In this document: in pieces, positions 1 through 28,400 of the stretch
Layout of the letters: each line of letters opens with the position of its first letter
How positions within the stretch are numbered: the stretch's first letter is position 1
Assembly: GCF_009914755.1 (NCBI RefSeq)
Contig: NC_060937.1
From: the human T2T-CHM13v2.0 reference genome, Homo sapiens
DNA: 64,000 nucleotides
Direction: 5' to 3' (one strand)
Program-made: the position numbers and the translations under genes
Notes under the pieces: model-generated
Told to the model about the DNA's origin: nothing
The model's input: the letters and a program-made list of their open reading frames with translations, nothing else
Database searches by the model: none

Positions 1-2192
1 CAGTGGGATTTATGACATATCTCTGCACTGATCACCTAGGTGATGTAACTCTTGTCTAGGCTCTGCCTATAGGGGGCTTGTGTCATATGTCTACATTGAT
101 CTCCCAGGAGATATAACACTTTTCTAGGATCTGCCTACAGGGTGCTTTGTGAAATATCCCTGCAATGGTCATCCAGGTGATATACCACTTGTCAAGGCTC
201 AGCCTACAGGGGCATTGTGATGTATCTCTGCACTGATCACCTAGGTCATGTAACTCTTGTCTAGGCTCTGCCTACAGTGGCATTGTGACATACCTCTACA
301 CTGATCACCCAGGTGATGTAACTCTTTTCTAGGATCTGCCTACAGGGTGCTTTGTGACATATCCCTGGAATGAACACCCAGGTGATGTAATACTTGTCAA
401 GGCTCTGCCTACAGGGACATTGCGATGTATCTCTGCAATGATCACCTAGGTCATGCAACTCTGGTCTATGCTCTGCCTACAGTGGCATTGTGACTTATTT
501 CTGCACTGATCATCGAAGTGACGTAACACTTGTCTAGGATCTGCCTAAAGGGACTTTGTGACATAACTCTGCAGTGATCATCCAGGTGATGAAGCTTTTG
601 TCTAGGCTCTGCCTAAGGGTGCATTGTGACATATTTCTGCACTGATCACCCAGGTGACGGACTCTTGTCTTGGATCTGCCTATGGGGGCACTGTAACATA
701 TCTCTGCACTGATCAACCAGGTGATGTAACTCTTGTCTAGGCTCTGCCTACAGGGGCATTTTAACATATCACTGCACTGATCACCGAGATGATGTAACTC
801 TTGTATAGGCTTCGCCGACAGTGCGCATTGAGACATATCTCTGCACTGATCACCGAGGTGATGCAACTCTTCTCAGGGATCTGCTTACAGGGGGTATTGT
901 GAAATATCTCTGCCCTGATCACCCAGGTGATGTTACTCTTGTCTATGTTCTGCTTGCTGGAGACATTGTGACATATATCTGCACTGATCACCCAGATGAT
1001 GACACTTTTGTCAAAGATATGGCTACAGGCACATTGTGACATGTCACTGCACTGATCACACAGCTGATGTAACCCTTGTCTAGGCTCTAGCTACAGGGGG
1101 CTTCTGACACATCTCTGCACTGATCACCCAGGTGATGTAACCCTTGTCTAGCCTCTGCCAAAAGGGGACATTGTGACATAACTCTGCACTGATCACCTTG
1201 GTGATGGGACTCTTGTCTAGGCTCTGCCTACAGGGGCATTGTGACATATCTCTGCAGTGATCACGCAGGTGATGTAACTCTTTTCTATATCTGCCTACTG
1301 GTGGCATTGTGGCATATTTCTGCACTGATCACCCAGGTGATGGACTCTTGTCTTGGATCTGCCTATGGGGGCATAGTGACATATCTCTGCACTGATCACT
1401 CATGTGATGTAACACTTGTCTAAGCTGCGCCTAAATGGGAATTGTGACAGATATCTCCACTGATCACCCAGGTGATTTAACAATTTTCTGGGATTTGTCT
1501 ACAGGGGGCTTTGTGACATATATTTGCACTGATGACCCAGGAGATGTAACTCTTGTCTAGGCTCGGCCTACAGGGTCTTTGTGACATATTTCTGCACTGA
1601 TCACCCAGGAGATGTAACCGTTGTTTAGGCTCAGCCTACAGGGGCTTTGTGATATATTTCTGTACTGATCACCCAGGTGAAGTAACTCTTCTCTAGGCTC
1701 CACCTACAGGGGGTATTTTGACGTATCTCTGCACTGATCACCCAGGTGATGTAACATTTATCTAGGCTCTTCCTACAGGGGCGTTTTGACGTAGCTCTGC
1801 ACAGATCACCAGGGTTATGTAACTCTTCTTCCCTCTCTGCCTACAAGGGGCATTGTGAAATATATCTGCACTGATCACCCAGGTGATGGGTCTCTTCTCT
1901 ATACTCTGCCTAGAGGGGTATTTGTGACATATCTCTGCACTGATCACCCAGGTGATGGAATTCTTGTCTAGGTTCAGCCTACTGGGGATTTCTGACATAC
2001 TTATGCACTGATCACCGAGGTAATGTAAATCATTTCCAGGCTTTTTGTACAGGGTACATTGTGGTATGTCTCTGCACTGATCACCCAAATGATGCAAATC
2101 ATCTCTAGGCTCCACAGGGAGGGGGTATTGTGACATATTTCTGAACTGATCATCCAGGAGATGTAACTATTCTCCAGGCTTTGACTAAAGAG
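1..2192 (-). repeat. Beta satellite (68-bp Sau3A/BSR) array
   Basis: Tandem ~68-bp monomers ctgcactgatcacccaggtgatgtaactcttgtctaggctctgcctacagggggcattgtgacatatct, the reverse complement of the beta-satellite consensus. Confidence 0.97.
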
Positions 2193-8963
<6,771 letters not shown>

Positions 8964-11417
8964 CTCTTTAGGCAAATCCTGGCGAATATTTACATCTCTT
9001 GGATGATCGGTTCAGAAATATGTCACAATGCCCCCTCCCTGAGGAGCCTAGAGAAGATTTGCATCATTTGGGTGATCAGTGCAGAGATATATCACAATGT
9101 CCCCTGTACAAAAAGCCTGGAAATGATTTACATCACCTCAGTGATCAGTCCATAGGTATGTTAGAAATCTCCAGTAGGTTGAAACTAGACAAGGGTTACA
9201 TCACTTAGGTGATCAGTGTAGAGATATGTGAAAATTCCCGTGTAGACAGAGCCTAGACAAGTGTTACATATCCTAGTAATCAGTGCAGGGAGATGTCATA
9301 AAACCTCCTGTAGGCGGAATGTAGACACCTGTTTCCTCCCTGGGGAGATCAGTGCAGAGATACGTCACAAAGGCCCTGTAAGCAGAACCTTGACAAGTGT
9401 TACATCACCTGTTTGACCAGTGGAAATGTATATCAGAAAGCCCCCTGTAGGCAAAGCCCAGACGATTGTTACATCACCTGGGTGAGCAGTGGAGAGATCT
9501 GTCACAATTCCCCTGTAGGCAGAGCTTTGACAAGGGTTACATCACCTAATTGATCAGTGCAGAGATATGTCAAAACGCTCCCGTAGGCTGAACATAGACA
9601 GGAGTTACATCAACTGGGTAATCAATGCAGAGATATGTGAGAATTCCCATGTAGGCAGAGCCTAGACAAGAGTTACATGACCTACGTGATCAGTGCAGAG
9701 ACATATCACAATATCCCTGTAGGCAGAGCCTTGACAATTGGTACATCACCTGGGTGATCATTGCAGGGATATGTCACAAAGCAACCTGTAGGCAGATCCT
9801 AGAAAAGAGTTACATCACCTGGGTGATCAGTGCACAGATATGTCACAATGCCACTGTAGGCAGAGCCTAGAAAAGGGTTACATGACCTAGGTGATCAGTG
9901 CACAGATACATCGCAATTACCCCGTAGGCAGAGCCTTGACAAGTGGTATATCACCTGGGTGATCACTGCAGGGATATGTCACAAAGCACCCTGTAGTCAG
10001 ATCCTAGAGAAGAGTTATATCACCTGGGTGATCATTGCAGAGATATGTCACAAGCCCCCTGAAGGCAGAGCCTTGACAAGTGTTATATCACCTTGGTGAT
10101 CAGTGCAGTCATATGTCACATTGCCGTGTAGCCAGAGCATAGAATAAAGCAATAGCACCTGGGAGTTCAGTGCAGAGATATGTCACAATGTCCCCAGTGG
10201 GCAGAGACCAGGCAAGAGTTGGATCACCTCGGGATCAGTGCAGAGATATATCTCAATCCCCCTGTGGACACAGCCTAGACAAGAGTTACCTCACCTCGGT
10301 TAACAGTGCAGAGATATGTCAAAATGCCCCTGTAGGCAAAGCCTACACAAGTATTACATCACTTAGGTGATCAGTGCATAGATATGTCACAATAACCCCT
10401 GTAAACAGAGCCTAGACAAGAGTAACATCACGTAGGTGATCAGTGCAGAGATATGTGACAAGACCCCATTCAACAGAGTCTAGACAATAGTTACGTAACC
10501 TGAGTGATCAATGCAGAGATCTGTCACAATGCCCTTTAGGCAGACCTTAGACCAGAGTGACAACACCTGGGTGATCAGTGCAGAGATATGTCACAATGCG
10601 CCCATAGGCAAATCCAAGACAAAAGTCCGTCACCTGTGTGATCAGTTCAGAAATATGTGAGAATGCCCCCAGTAGGCAGAGCCTAGAGAACAGTCCCTTC
10701 ACCTGGGTGATCAGTGCAGATATATTTCACAATGCCCCTGCAGGCAGAGTGTAAGCAAGAGTTACATCACCTAGATGATCAGTGCAGAGATATGTCACAA
10801 GGCTCCCTATAGTCAAAGCCTGGACAAGAGTTACACCACCTGGGTGATCAGTGCAGAGATATGTCACAATGCCACTGTAGGCAGAGCCTAAACAAGAGTT
10901 ACATGACCTAGGTGATCAGTGCAGAGATACATCACAATGCCCCTGTAGGCAGAGCCTTGACAAGTGGTATATCACCTGGGTGATCATTGCAGGGATATAT
11001 CACAAAACACCCTGTAGTCAGATTCTAGGGAAGAGGTATATCACCTCGGTGATCAATGCAGTGATATGTCACTATGCCCCGTAGGCAGAGCCTTGTCAAG
11101 CGTTACATCACCTGGGTGATCAGTGCAGAGATATGTCATAATGCCACCATACACAGAGCCTAGACAACAGTCCCATCACCTGGGTGATCAGTGAAGAAAT
11201 ATGTCACAATGCCCGCGTAGGCAGATTCAACACAAGAGTTACATCACCTGGGTGATCAGTGTAAGGATATGTCACAATGCCCCCATAGGCAGGGCCTAAA
11301 CAAAAGTCCCATCAGCTGGGTGATCAGTGCAGAGATATGAGAGATATATCACAAAGCCCCTGTAGGCAGACCCTAGACAAGTGTTATATCACTTTGTTTA
11401 TCAGTTCAGAGTTGTGT
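8964..11417 (+). repeat. Beta satellite array
   Basis: 68-bp monomers; the first ones are the diverged pLAM-adjacent type. Confidence 0.97.
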
Positions 11418-14180
<2,763 letters not shown>

Positions 14181-16449
14181 GCTCTTTAGTCAAAGCCTGG
14201 AGAATAGTTACATCTCCTGGATGATCCGTTCAGAAATATGTCACAATGCCCCTTCCCTGCAGAGCGTAGAGAAGATTTGCATCATTTGGGTGATCAGTGC
14301 AGAGATTTATCACAATGTCCCCTGTACAAAAAGCCTGGAAATGATTTACATCACCTTGGTGATCAGTGCATAGGTATGTCAAAAATCCCTAGTAGGCTGA
14401 ACCTAGACAAGGGTTACATCACTTAGGTGATCAGTGTAGAGATATGTGAAAATTCCCATGCAGACAGAGCCTAGACAGGTGTTACATCACCTAGGGATCA
14501 GTGCAGGGATAAGTCATAAAGCCTCCTGTAGGCAGAGTGTAGACAACTGTTTCCTCCCTGTGGTGATCAGTGCAGAGATATGTCACAAAGCCCCTATAAG
14601 CAGAACTTTGACAAGGGTTACATCACGTGTTTGATCAGTGGAAATGTATATCACAAAGACCCCTGTAGGCAAAGCCCAGACCAGAGTTACATCACCTGGG
14701 TGAGCAGTGGAGAGATATGTCACAATGCCCCTGTAGGCAGAGCTTAGACAAGGGTTACATCACCTGGGTGATCAGTGCAGACATATGTCAAAACGCTCCT
14801 GTAGGCTGAACATAGACAGGAGTTACATCACCCAGGTGATCAGTGCAGAGATATCTGAGAATTCCCGTGTAGGCAGAGCCTAGACAAGTGTTATATCACC
14901 TAGGTTATCAGTGCAGGTATAAGTCATAAAGCCTCTTGTAGGCAGAGCATAGACCAGAGTTCCCTCCCCAGGGTGATCAGTGCAGAGATGTGTCACAAAG
15001 CCCCTGTAGGCAGAGCCTAGACAAGAGTTTCATCACTTGGTTGATCAGTTCAGAGTTGTGTCACAGTGTCCATGTAGGCAGATCTAAGACAAGTGTCCAT
15101 AACATGGGTGATCTGAGCAGAGATATGTACCAATGTCCCCAGCAGGCAGTGCCTAGACAAGAGTTGCATCACCTCAGAGATCAGTGCATAGATATGTCAC
15201 AAAGCCTTCTATAGGCAAAGCTCATACAAGGCTTACATCACCTAGGTGATCAGTGCAGTGATATGTCACAAAAATCCCTGTAGACAGAGCCTAGAATATA
15301 GTTGCATCACCTGGGTGATCAGTGCAGATATTTGACACAATGTCCCCATAGACAGAGCCTAGACAAGACTTCCATCACCTGGGTGATCAGTGCAGAGATA
15401 TTTCACAATGCCCCCTGTAGGCAGAGAGTGGAAAAGAGTTAGATAACCTAGTTGATCTTTGCAGAACTATGTCAAAACGCCCCTATAGGCAGAGCCTAGA
15501 TAAATATTACATCACCTGGGTGATCAGTGCAGAGATACGTCACAATACCCTCTGTAGGTGGAGCCTAGACAAGAGTTACATCACCTGGGTGATCAGTGCA
15601 GAGATATGTCACAAAGCCCCTTTAGGTGGAGCCTAGACAAGAGTTACATCACCTGGGTGATCAGTGCAGAAATATGTCACAAAGCCCCTGTAGGCCGAGG
15701 CTAGAAAAGAGTTACATCACGTGGGTTATCAGTGCAGAGATATCTCACAATATCCCCTGTAAGCAGAGTCTAGACAAGAGTTACATCACGTGGGTGATCA
15801 GTGTAGAGATGTGTCATAAATCCCACTGTACGCAAACCCTAGACAAGTTTTACATCACCTCAGCGATCAGTGCAGAGATATGTCCCAGTGTCCCTCTTGG
15901 CAGAGCTTAGACAAGAGTCACATCTCCTGGGTGATCAGTGCAGAGGTAAGTCATAATGCCCCCATAGGCAGGCCTAGACAAGAGTTATATAACCCGGGTG
16001 ATCATCAGTGCAGAGATATGTCACGATGCCCCCATAGGCAGATCCAAGACAAGAGTCCATCACCTGGGTGATCACTGCCGAAATATGCCACAATGCCGCC
16101 ATTGGGCAGATATAGAGAAGAGTTACATCACCTCCGTGATCACTGCAGAGATATGTCACAATGCCCCTGTAGGCAGAGCCTAGAGAAGTGTCCCATCACC
16201 TGGGTGATCAGTGCAGAGTTATGTCACAATGCCTCCTTTTGGCAGAGCCTAGACAAGGGTTACATCACCTGGGTGATCAGTGCAGAGATGTGCCACAAGC
16301 CCCCTGTAGCCAGAGCCTAGACAAGTGTTACATCAGCTGTGTGATCAGTGCAGTGACATGTCACAATGCCCCTGTAGCCATATTCTTGACAAAAGAGACA
16401 TCACCTGGGTGATCAGTGCGCAGATATGTCACAATGTCTTCAGTAGGCA
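14181..16449 (+). repeat. Beta satellite array
   Basis: 68-bp monomers in + orientation up to cagtaggca. Confidence 0.97.
16447..16449. other. Right inversion breakpoint (beta satellite + joined to beta satellite -)
   Basis: acaatgtcttcagtagGCActgatcacccc; GCA is shared by both orientations. Confidence 0.9.
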
Positions 16450-16840
16450 CTGATCACCCCAGGGAGAAAACACTTTTCTACCCTCTGCCTACAGGAGGCT
16501 TTATGACTGAATCCCTGCACTAATCACTACGTGATGTAACACTTGTCTAGGCTCTGTCTACACGGGAATTTTCACAGATCTCTACACTGATCACCTAAGT
16601 GATGTAACCCTTGTCTAGGGTCAGCCTACTGGGGATTTCTGACACACGTATGCACTGATCACCGAGGTGACATAAATCATTTCCAGGCTTTTTTTTGCAG
16701 GTGACATTGTGAAATATCTCTGCATTGACCACCCAAATGATGCAAATCTCCTCTGAGCTCCGCAGGGAGGGGCATTGTGACATATTTCTGAACTGATCAT
16801 CCAGGAGATGTAACTATTCTGCAGGCTGTGACTAAAGAGC
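16450..16840 (-). repeat. Beta satellite, truncated pLAM-adjacent tail of unit 4
   Basis: About six monomers in minus orientation. Confidence 0.93.
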
Positions 16841-17538
16841 GCCGGAAGGTGTTGGGAGAGCCTCAGCCGGAATTTCACGGACGGACAAGGGCACAGAGAG
16901 GCCAGCGGGCTCCCTTGCACGTCAGCCGCGGTGCGCAATGAGCGCAGGTCTAGCCAGGAGGTCGGTAAAGAGAACTAGAGGTCTGCGTTCCGCCGCCAGG
17001 TGCTCCATGGCGGCAGCTGGGAGGCTGCAGGGGCACAGGAGGGCCGGCGACGGTGGCGCGGAGGTGCAGAGGAGGAGAGCCGCCGGAGGGGTGTCAGGCC
17101 TGGACGTTGAGCGGGCCCGGTGTTTCGCGGGACGGGGGTCTCCACCCAGCCCAGGGGAGGACGTATTTTCCGCGGGTGGGCATTGGGGGTGTGGAGGGGC
17201 TGGTCAGGCGGGCGTGGGTTGGAGGAAAGAGAGGAGAGCTCTGTACGGGCTGCTCCAACAGCCCAGGCGGCTGCCCACAAACCCGTGTGTGTAGTTGGCG
17301 GCCCACCTGCTGGTACCTGGGCCGGCTCTGGGATCCCAGGGATGCCCAGGAAAGAATGGCAGTTCTCCGCTCTGTGGAGTCTCTCACCAGGCCTAGACCT
17401 AGAAGGCAGGAATCCCAGGCCTGTCAGCCTGGTGTAGGGGGCGGGGGAAAGACACGCCCCTCCATAGCCAGCCAGGTGTTCCCCGCGAATGGGAGGATAC
17501 GGCCCTGCCCCGACCCAACCCCTTCCCAACCCAGCGAC

Positions 17539-18990
<1,452 letters not shown>

Positions 18991-19585
18991 AGCCCTGGGA
19001 CAGGTCGCCCAACCCCGGAAGTGTCCCAGGGCGTTGAGGCCTGCGGCCGGGTGGTGGTGAGGTGGGTGGAGGGAGGGCGTGGTGAAAGACGAAGAGTAAG
19101 GGGGCGAGGGCGAAGGGGTGAGGGGGGCGCGTTTCAGGGGCTGGCTCTCCAGACCACACCAGGAATCCTGCGGGAACTGGAAGCCGCTTTCTGGGCTCCC
19201 ACGCATCTTCAGCAGGGAGAAACCGGCCTGGGAGAGTGGAGGGGAGTGTGGAACTGAACCTCCGTGGGAGTCTTGAGTGTTCCAGGCCCTGTCTCCGTGA
19301 AGTAGTCAGTGCCTGTGGGTGTCGCCATTGCCGGGACAGTCTCACATGCGCAGATGTGTGACTCTCGTTCATTTCCACGTAGGAGACCAGAGCGAGACCC
19401 CAGAGAGAAGATGCCTCCCAGGCGTGATGGCCTGACGATGGTTTCCCGTGTGCGGCAACATGGGAAGTCTGCAGTGTGGCCGGTTTGGAAACTGGCAGGG
19501 ACAGCGAAGGCACCATGACCGTCTTCTACCCTTCCCTGCGTGTTTTTGGGTGCCCGCAGAGCTCCGGAAGCAAACAGTCAGCATG

Positions 19586-22500
19586 ACACATCTCTGAACT
19601 GATCAACAAAGTGATGTAAACCTTGTCTAGGCTCTGCCTACAGGGGGCTTTGTGACATATCCCTGCAATGATCACCCAGGTGATATACTACTTTTCAAGG
19701 CTCTGCCTACAGGGGCACTGCGATGTATCTCTGCACTGATCACCTAGGTCATGTAACTATTGTCTAGGCTCTGCCTACAGTGGCATTGGGACATATCTCT
19801 GCACTGATCATCCAAGTGATGTTGCTCTTGTCTAGGATCTGCCTAAAGGTACTTTGTGACATAACTCTGCACTGATCATCCAGGTGATGGGGTTTTTGTC
19901 TAGGCTCTGCCTAAGGTGGCATTGTGACGTATTTCTGCACTGATCACCAAGGTGACGGACTCTTTTCTTGGATCTGCCTATGGGGGCATTGTGACATATC
20001 TCTGCACTGATCACCCCGGTGATGTAACTGTTCTATAAGCTCTGCCTACAGGGGAACTATGAGAAATCTCGCCACTGATTACCCAAGTGAAGTAACTGTT
20101 GTCTAGTCTTTGCCTACAGGGGGCTTTGTGACATATATTTGCACTGATCACCCAGATGATGTAACTCATCTAAATTCTGCCTACAGGAGTTTTGTGACAT
20201 ATCTCTGCACTGATCACTTAGGTGATGTAACACTTTTATAAGCACTTCCTACAGGGAATTCTGGCAAATCTCTGCACTGATAACATAGGTGATGTAACTC
20301 TTGTCTACCGTCTGCTCAAAGGGGGCATTGTGAAATATCTCTGCACTGATCACCCAGGTGATACAACTCTTGTCTTGGATCTGCCTACAGGAGGTATTGT
20401 GAAATATCTCTGCACTGATCAACTAGGGGATGTAACTCTTGTCTAGGCTCTGCCTACAGGGGCGTTTCACATATCCCTGAACTGATGACAAAGGTGATGT
20501 AACTCTTGCCTAGGCTTTGCCTACAGGGGACATAGTGACATATCTCTGCACTGATCACCCAGGTGATGCAACTCTTCTCTATGCTCTGCCTACTGGGGGC
20601 ATTGTGACATATCTCTGCACTGATCACCCAGGTGATGTAACTCTTTTCTAGTCTCTGCCTACAGAGTGTGTTGTGACATCAGTCTGCACGGATCACCCTG
20701 GTTATGTAACTCTTGTCTAGGCTCTGCCTACAGGGGGGCATTGTGACTTATCTCTGCACTGATCACCCAGGAGATGTGACTCTTGTCAAAGCTCTGCCTA
20801 GAGGGACATCTGGACATATCTCTGCACTGATCGCTGAGGTGATGTAAAACATGTCTAGGCTTTGCCTACAGTGGGATTTATGACATATCTGCACAGATCA
20901 CCCAGGTGATGTAAATCTTGTCTAGGCTCTGCCTACAGGGGCATTTTCACATATCACTGCAGTGATCACCGAGATGATGTAACTCTTGTATAGGCTTCGC
21001 CGACAAGGGGCATTGGGACATATCTCTGCAGTGATCACCGAGGTGATGCAACTCTTGACTAGGATCTGCTTACAGGGGGTATTGTGACATATCTCTGCCC
21101 TGATCACCCAGGTGATGTACTTCTTGTCTAGGCTCTGCCTACTGGAGACATTGTGACATATCTCTGCGCTGGTCACCCAGGTGATGTCACTTTTGTCAAG
21201 GATATGGCTACAGGGACATTGTGACATGTCACTGCACTGATCACACAGCTGATGTAACTCTTAACTATGCTCTGTCTACAGGGGGCTTGTGAAACATCTC
21301 TGCACTGATCACCCAGGTCATGTAACCCTTGTCTAGGCTCTGCCAAAAGGGGGCATTGTGACATAACTCTGCACTGATCACGCAGGTGATGGGACACTTC
21401 TCTAGGCTCTGCCAACAGGGGCATTGTGACATATCTCTGCAGTGATCACGCAGGTGATGTTACTCTTTTCTATATCTGCCTACTGGCGGTAGTGTGGCAT
21501 ATTTCTGCACTGATCACCCAGGTGATGGACTCTTGTCTTTTTCTGCCTGTGGGGGCATAGTTACATAACTCTGCACTGAGCACTCATGTGATGTAACGCT
21601 TGTGTAAGCTGCGCCTAAAGGAGAATTGTGACAGACATGGCCACTGATCACCCAGGTGATGTAGCAATTTTCTCGGATTTGCCTACAGGGGCCTTTGTGA
21701 CATATCTTTGCACTGATCACCCAGGAGATGTAACTCTTGTCTAGGATCTGCATACAGTGGCTTTGTGACACATTTCTGCACTGATCACCCAGGAGATATA
21801 ACTCTTGTTTAGACTCTGCCTACAGGGGGTTTGTGAATTATCTCTGTACTGATCACCCAGGTGATGTAACTCTTGTCTAGGCTCCACCTACTGGGCGTAT
21901 GCTGATGTATCTCTTCACTGATCACCCAAGTGATGTAACATTTATCTAGGCTCTGCCTACAGGGGCGTTTTGACATACCTCTGCACAGATCAACTAGGTT
22001 ATGTAAATCTTGTCCACTCTCTGCCTACAGGGGGCATTGTGAAATATCTCTGCACTGATCACCCAGGTGATGGGACTCTTCTCTATACTCTGCCTAGAGG
22101 GGGATTTATGACATATCTCTGCAGTGATCACAGAGGTAATGGAAGTCTTGTCTAGGCTCTGTCTATGGGGCATTTTGTGAAATATCTTCACTGATCACCC
22201 AGGTGATGTTACTGTTGTCTATGCTCTGTCTACAGGGATTTTTGTGACATATCACTGCACTGATCCCCTAGGTTATGTAAGCCTTGTATGGGCTTTGCCT
22301 ACAGAAGGCTTTGTGATATATCTATGCACTGATCTCTGAGGTGATGCAACTCTTGTCTAGGCACTGCCTACAGGAGACATAGGTACATATCTCTGCTCTG
22401 ATCACCCAGGTGATGGACCCTTGTCTGAGATCTGTCTACATGGACATTGTGACACATCTCTGAACTGATCAACCAAGTGACGAAACTCTTGTCTAGGCTC

Positions 22501-22781
22501 TGTCTACAGGGGCTTTGTGACACATCTCTGCACTGATCACCCTGGGGAGGGAACTCTTGTCTACGCTGTGCCTACAGGAAGCTTTATGATTTATAACTGC
22601 ACTGATAACCTAGGTGATCATTTCCAGGCTTTTTTTACAGGGGAGATTGTGATATATCTCTGCACTGATTACCCAAATGATGCAAATCTTCTCTAGTCTC
22701 CGCAGGGAAGGGGCATTGTGACGTATTTCTGAACCGATCATCCAGGAGATACAACTATTCTCCAGGCTCTGACTAAAAAGT
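19586..22781 (-). repeat. Beta satellite array
   Basis: 68-bp monomers. Confidence 0.97.
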
Positions 22782-25497
<2,716 letters not shown>

Positions 25498-28400
25498 ACA
25501 CATCTGTGACCTAATCAACAAAGTGATGTAACATTTGTCTAGGCTCTGCCTACAGGGGCTTTGTGACATATCTCTGCACTGAACACCCAGGTGATGTAAC
25601 TCTTGTGTTGGATCTGCCTATGGGGGCATTATCACATATTTCTGCACTGATCACCCAGGTGATGGGACTCTTGCCTAGGCTCTGTGTATGGGGGCTTTGT
25701 GACATATCTCTGCACTGATCACTCAGGTGATGTAACGCGTTACTAGGCTCCGACTACGGGGCATAGTGACATATCACTGCATTGATCACCGAGGTGATGT
25801 AACTCTTGTCCAGGCTCTGCCTATAGGGGCCTTGTGACATATCTCTGCACTGATTATCTAGGTGATGTGACTCTTGCTTATGTTCTGCCTGCAGGGGCAT
25901 TGTGAAATATCTCTGCATTGATCACCCAGGTGATGGGACTCTTCTCTAGGCTCTGACTACTGGGGGCATTGTCACAAATTTCTGCACTGATCACCTAAGT
26001 GATATAACACTTGTGTAGGCTCTGCCTACAGGGGTATTTTGACATATCTCTGCACTGTTAACTGAAGTGATGTAACTCTTGTCTAGGCTGTGCCCACAGG
26101 GAGATTGAGACATATCTCTGCCCTGATCCAGAGGTGACCCAACTCTTGCCTGGTCTCTGCCTATTGGGGATATTGTGACATGTCTCTGCACTGATCTCCC
26201 AGGTGCTGTAACTTTAGTCTAGGCTCTGGCTACACGGCATTGTGACATATCACGGCACTGATCACCCAGGTGATATAACTCTTGTCTAGGCTCTGCCTAC
26301 TGGGGGCTTGTGACATATCTCTGCACTGATCACCCAGGTGATATAACTGTTGTCTATGCTCTGCCTACAGGGGGCTTGTGACATATCTCTGCACTGATCA
26401 CCCAGGTGATGTAACCCTTTTCTAGGATCTGCCTACAGGGTGCTTTGTGACATATCCCTGCAGTGATCACCCAAGTGATGTACCACTTGTCAAGGCTCTG
26501 CCTACAGGGACATTGTGATATATCTCTGCACTGATCTCCTAGGTCATGTAACTCTTGTCTAGACTCTGCCTACAGTGGCATTGTGAAATATCTCTGCACT
26601 GATCATCCAAGTGATATAACCCTTGTCTAGGATCTGCCTAAAGGGACTTTGTGACATAACTCTGCAAGGATCATCCAGGTGATGGGGCTTTTGTCTAGGT
26701 TCTGACTAAGGGGGCATTGTGACATATTTCTGCACTGATCACCCAGGTGACGGACTCTTGTCTTGGATCTGCCTATGGGGGCCTTGGGTTATATCTCTGC
26801 ACTGATAACCCAGGAGATGTAAGTGTTGTTATAAGCTCTGCCTGCAGGGGAATTGTGAGAGATCTCGCCACTGATCACCCAAGTGATGTAACTATTGTCT
26901 AGGCTTTGCCTACAGGTGGCTTTGTGACATACATTTGCACTGATCACCCAGGTGACGTAACTCACCTAAGTTCTGCTACAGGAGCTTTGTTGCATATCTC
27001 TGCACTGATCACTTAGGTGATGTAACACTTTTATAAGCACTGCCTACAGGGAATTTTGAAAAATTTCCGCACTGATCACCTACGTGATGTAACTCTTGTC
27101 TACCCTCTGCCCAAAGGGCGCATTGTGAAATATCTCTGCACTGATCACCCTGGTGATTCAACTCTTGTCTAGGATCTGCCTAAGGTGGTATTGTGAAATA
27201 TCTCTGCACTGATCAACTAGGGGATGTAACCCTTGTCTAGGCTCTGCCTGCAGGGGCGTTTTCACATATCCCTGAACTGATGACAAAGGTGATGTAACTC
27301 TTGCCTAGGCTTTGCCCACAGGTGACATTGTGACATATCTCTGCACTGATCACCAAGGTGATGCAATTCTTCTCTATGCTCTGCCTACAGTGGATATTGT
27401 GACATACCTCTGCACTGATCACCCAGGTGATGCAACTCTTCTCTATGCTCTGCCTACAGGGGGCATGGTGAAATATCTCTGCACTGATCACCCAGGTGAT
27501 GTAACTGTTTTCTAGTCTCTGCCTACAGAGGTTGTTGTGACATCACTCTGCACGGATCACCCGGGTTATGTAACTATTGTCTAGGCCCTGTCTATTGGGG
27601 CATTGTGAGTTATCTCTGCACTGACCACCCAGGAGATGTGACTCTTGTCTAAGCTCTGCCTAGAGGGACATCTGGACATGTCTCTACACTGATGGCTGAG
27701 GTGAAGTAAAACTTGTCTAGGCTTTGCCTACAGTGGGATTTATGACATATCCCTGCACTGATCACCCAGGTGATATAACTCTTGTCTAGGCTCTGCTTAC
27801 AGGGGGTACTGTGAGATATCTCTGCACTGATCACCCAGGTGATGTAACTCTTGTCTAGGCTCTGCCTACAGGAGCATGTTAACAAATCACTGCACTGATC
27901 ACCGAGATGAGGTAACTCTTTTATAGGCTTCGCCGACAGGGGGCATTGAGACATATCTGTGCACTGGTCACTGAGGTGACGTAAATCTTGTCTGGGTTCT
28001 GCTTACAGGGGGCATTGTGACATATCCCTGCCCTGCTCACCCAGGTGATGTAACTCTTGTCTAGGCTGTGACCACAGGGGGATTGAGATATATCTCTGCA
28101 CTGATCCCGAGGTGATACAACTCTTGCTTGATCTCTGCCTACTGGGGACATTGTGACATATTTCTGTACTGATCTCCCAGGTGCTGTAACTTTAGTCTAT
28201 GCTCTGGCTAAATGGCATCGTGAGAAATCACTGCACTGATCACCCAGGTGCTATAACTCTTGTCTATGCTCTGCCTACAGGGGGCCTGTGAAATATCTCT
28301 GCACTGATCACCCAGGTGATATAACTCTTCTCTAGGATCTGCCTACAGGGTACTTTGAGACATATCCCTGCAATGATCACCCAGGTGATATACCACTTGT

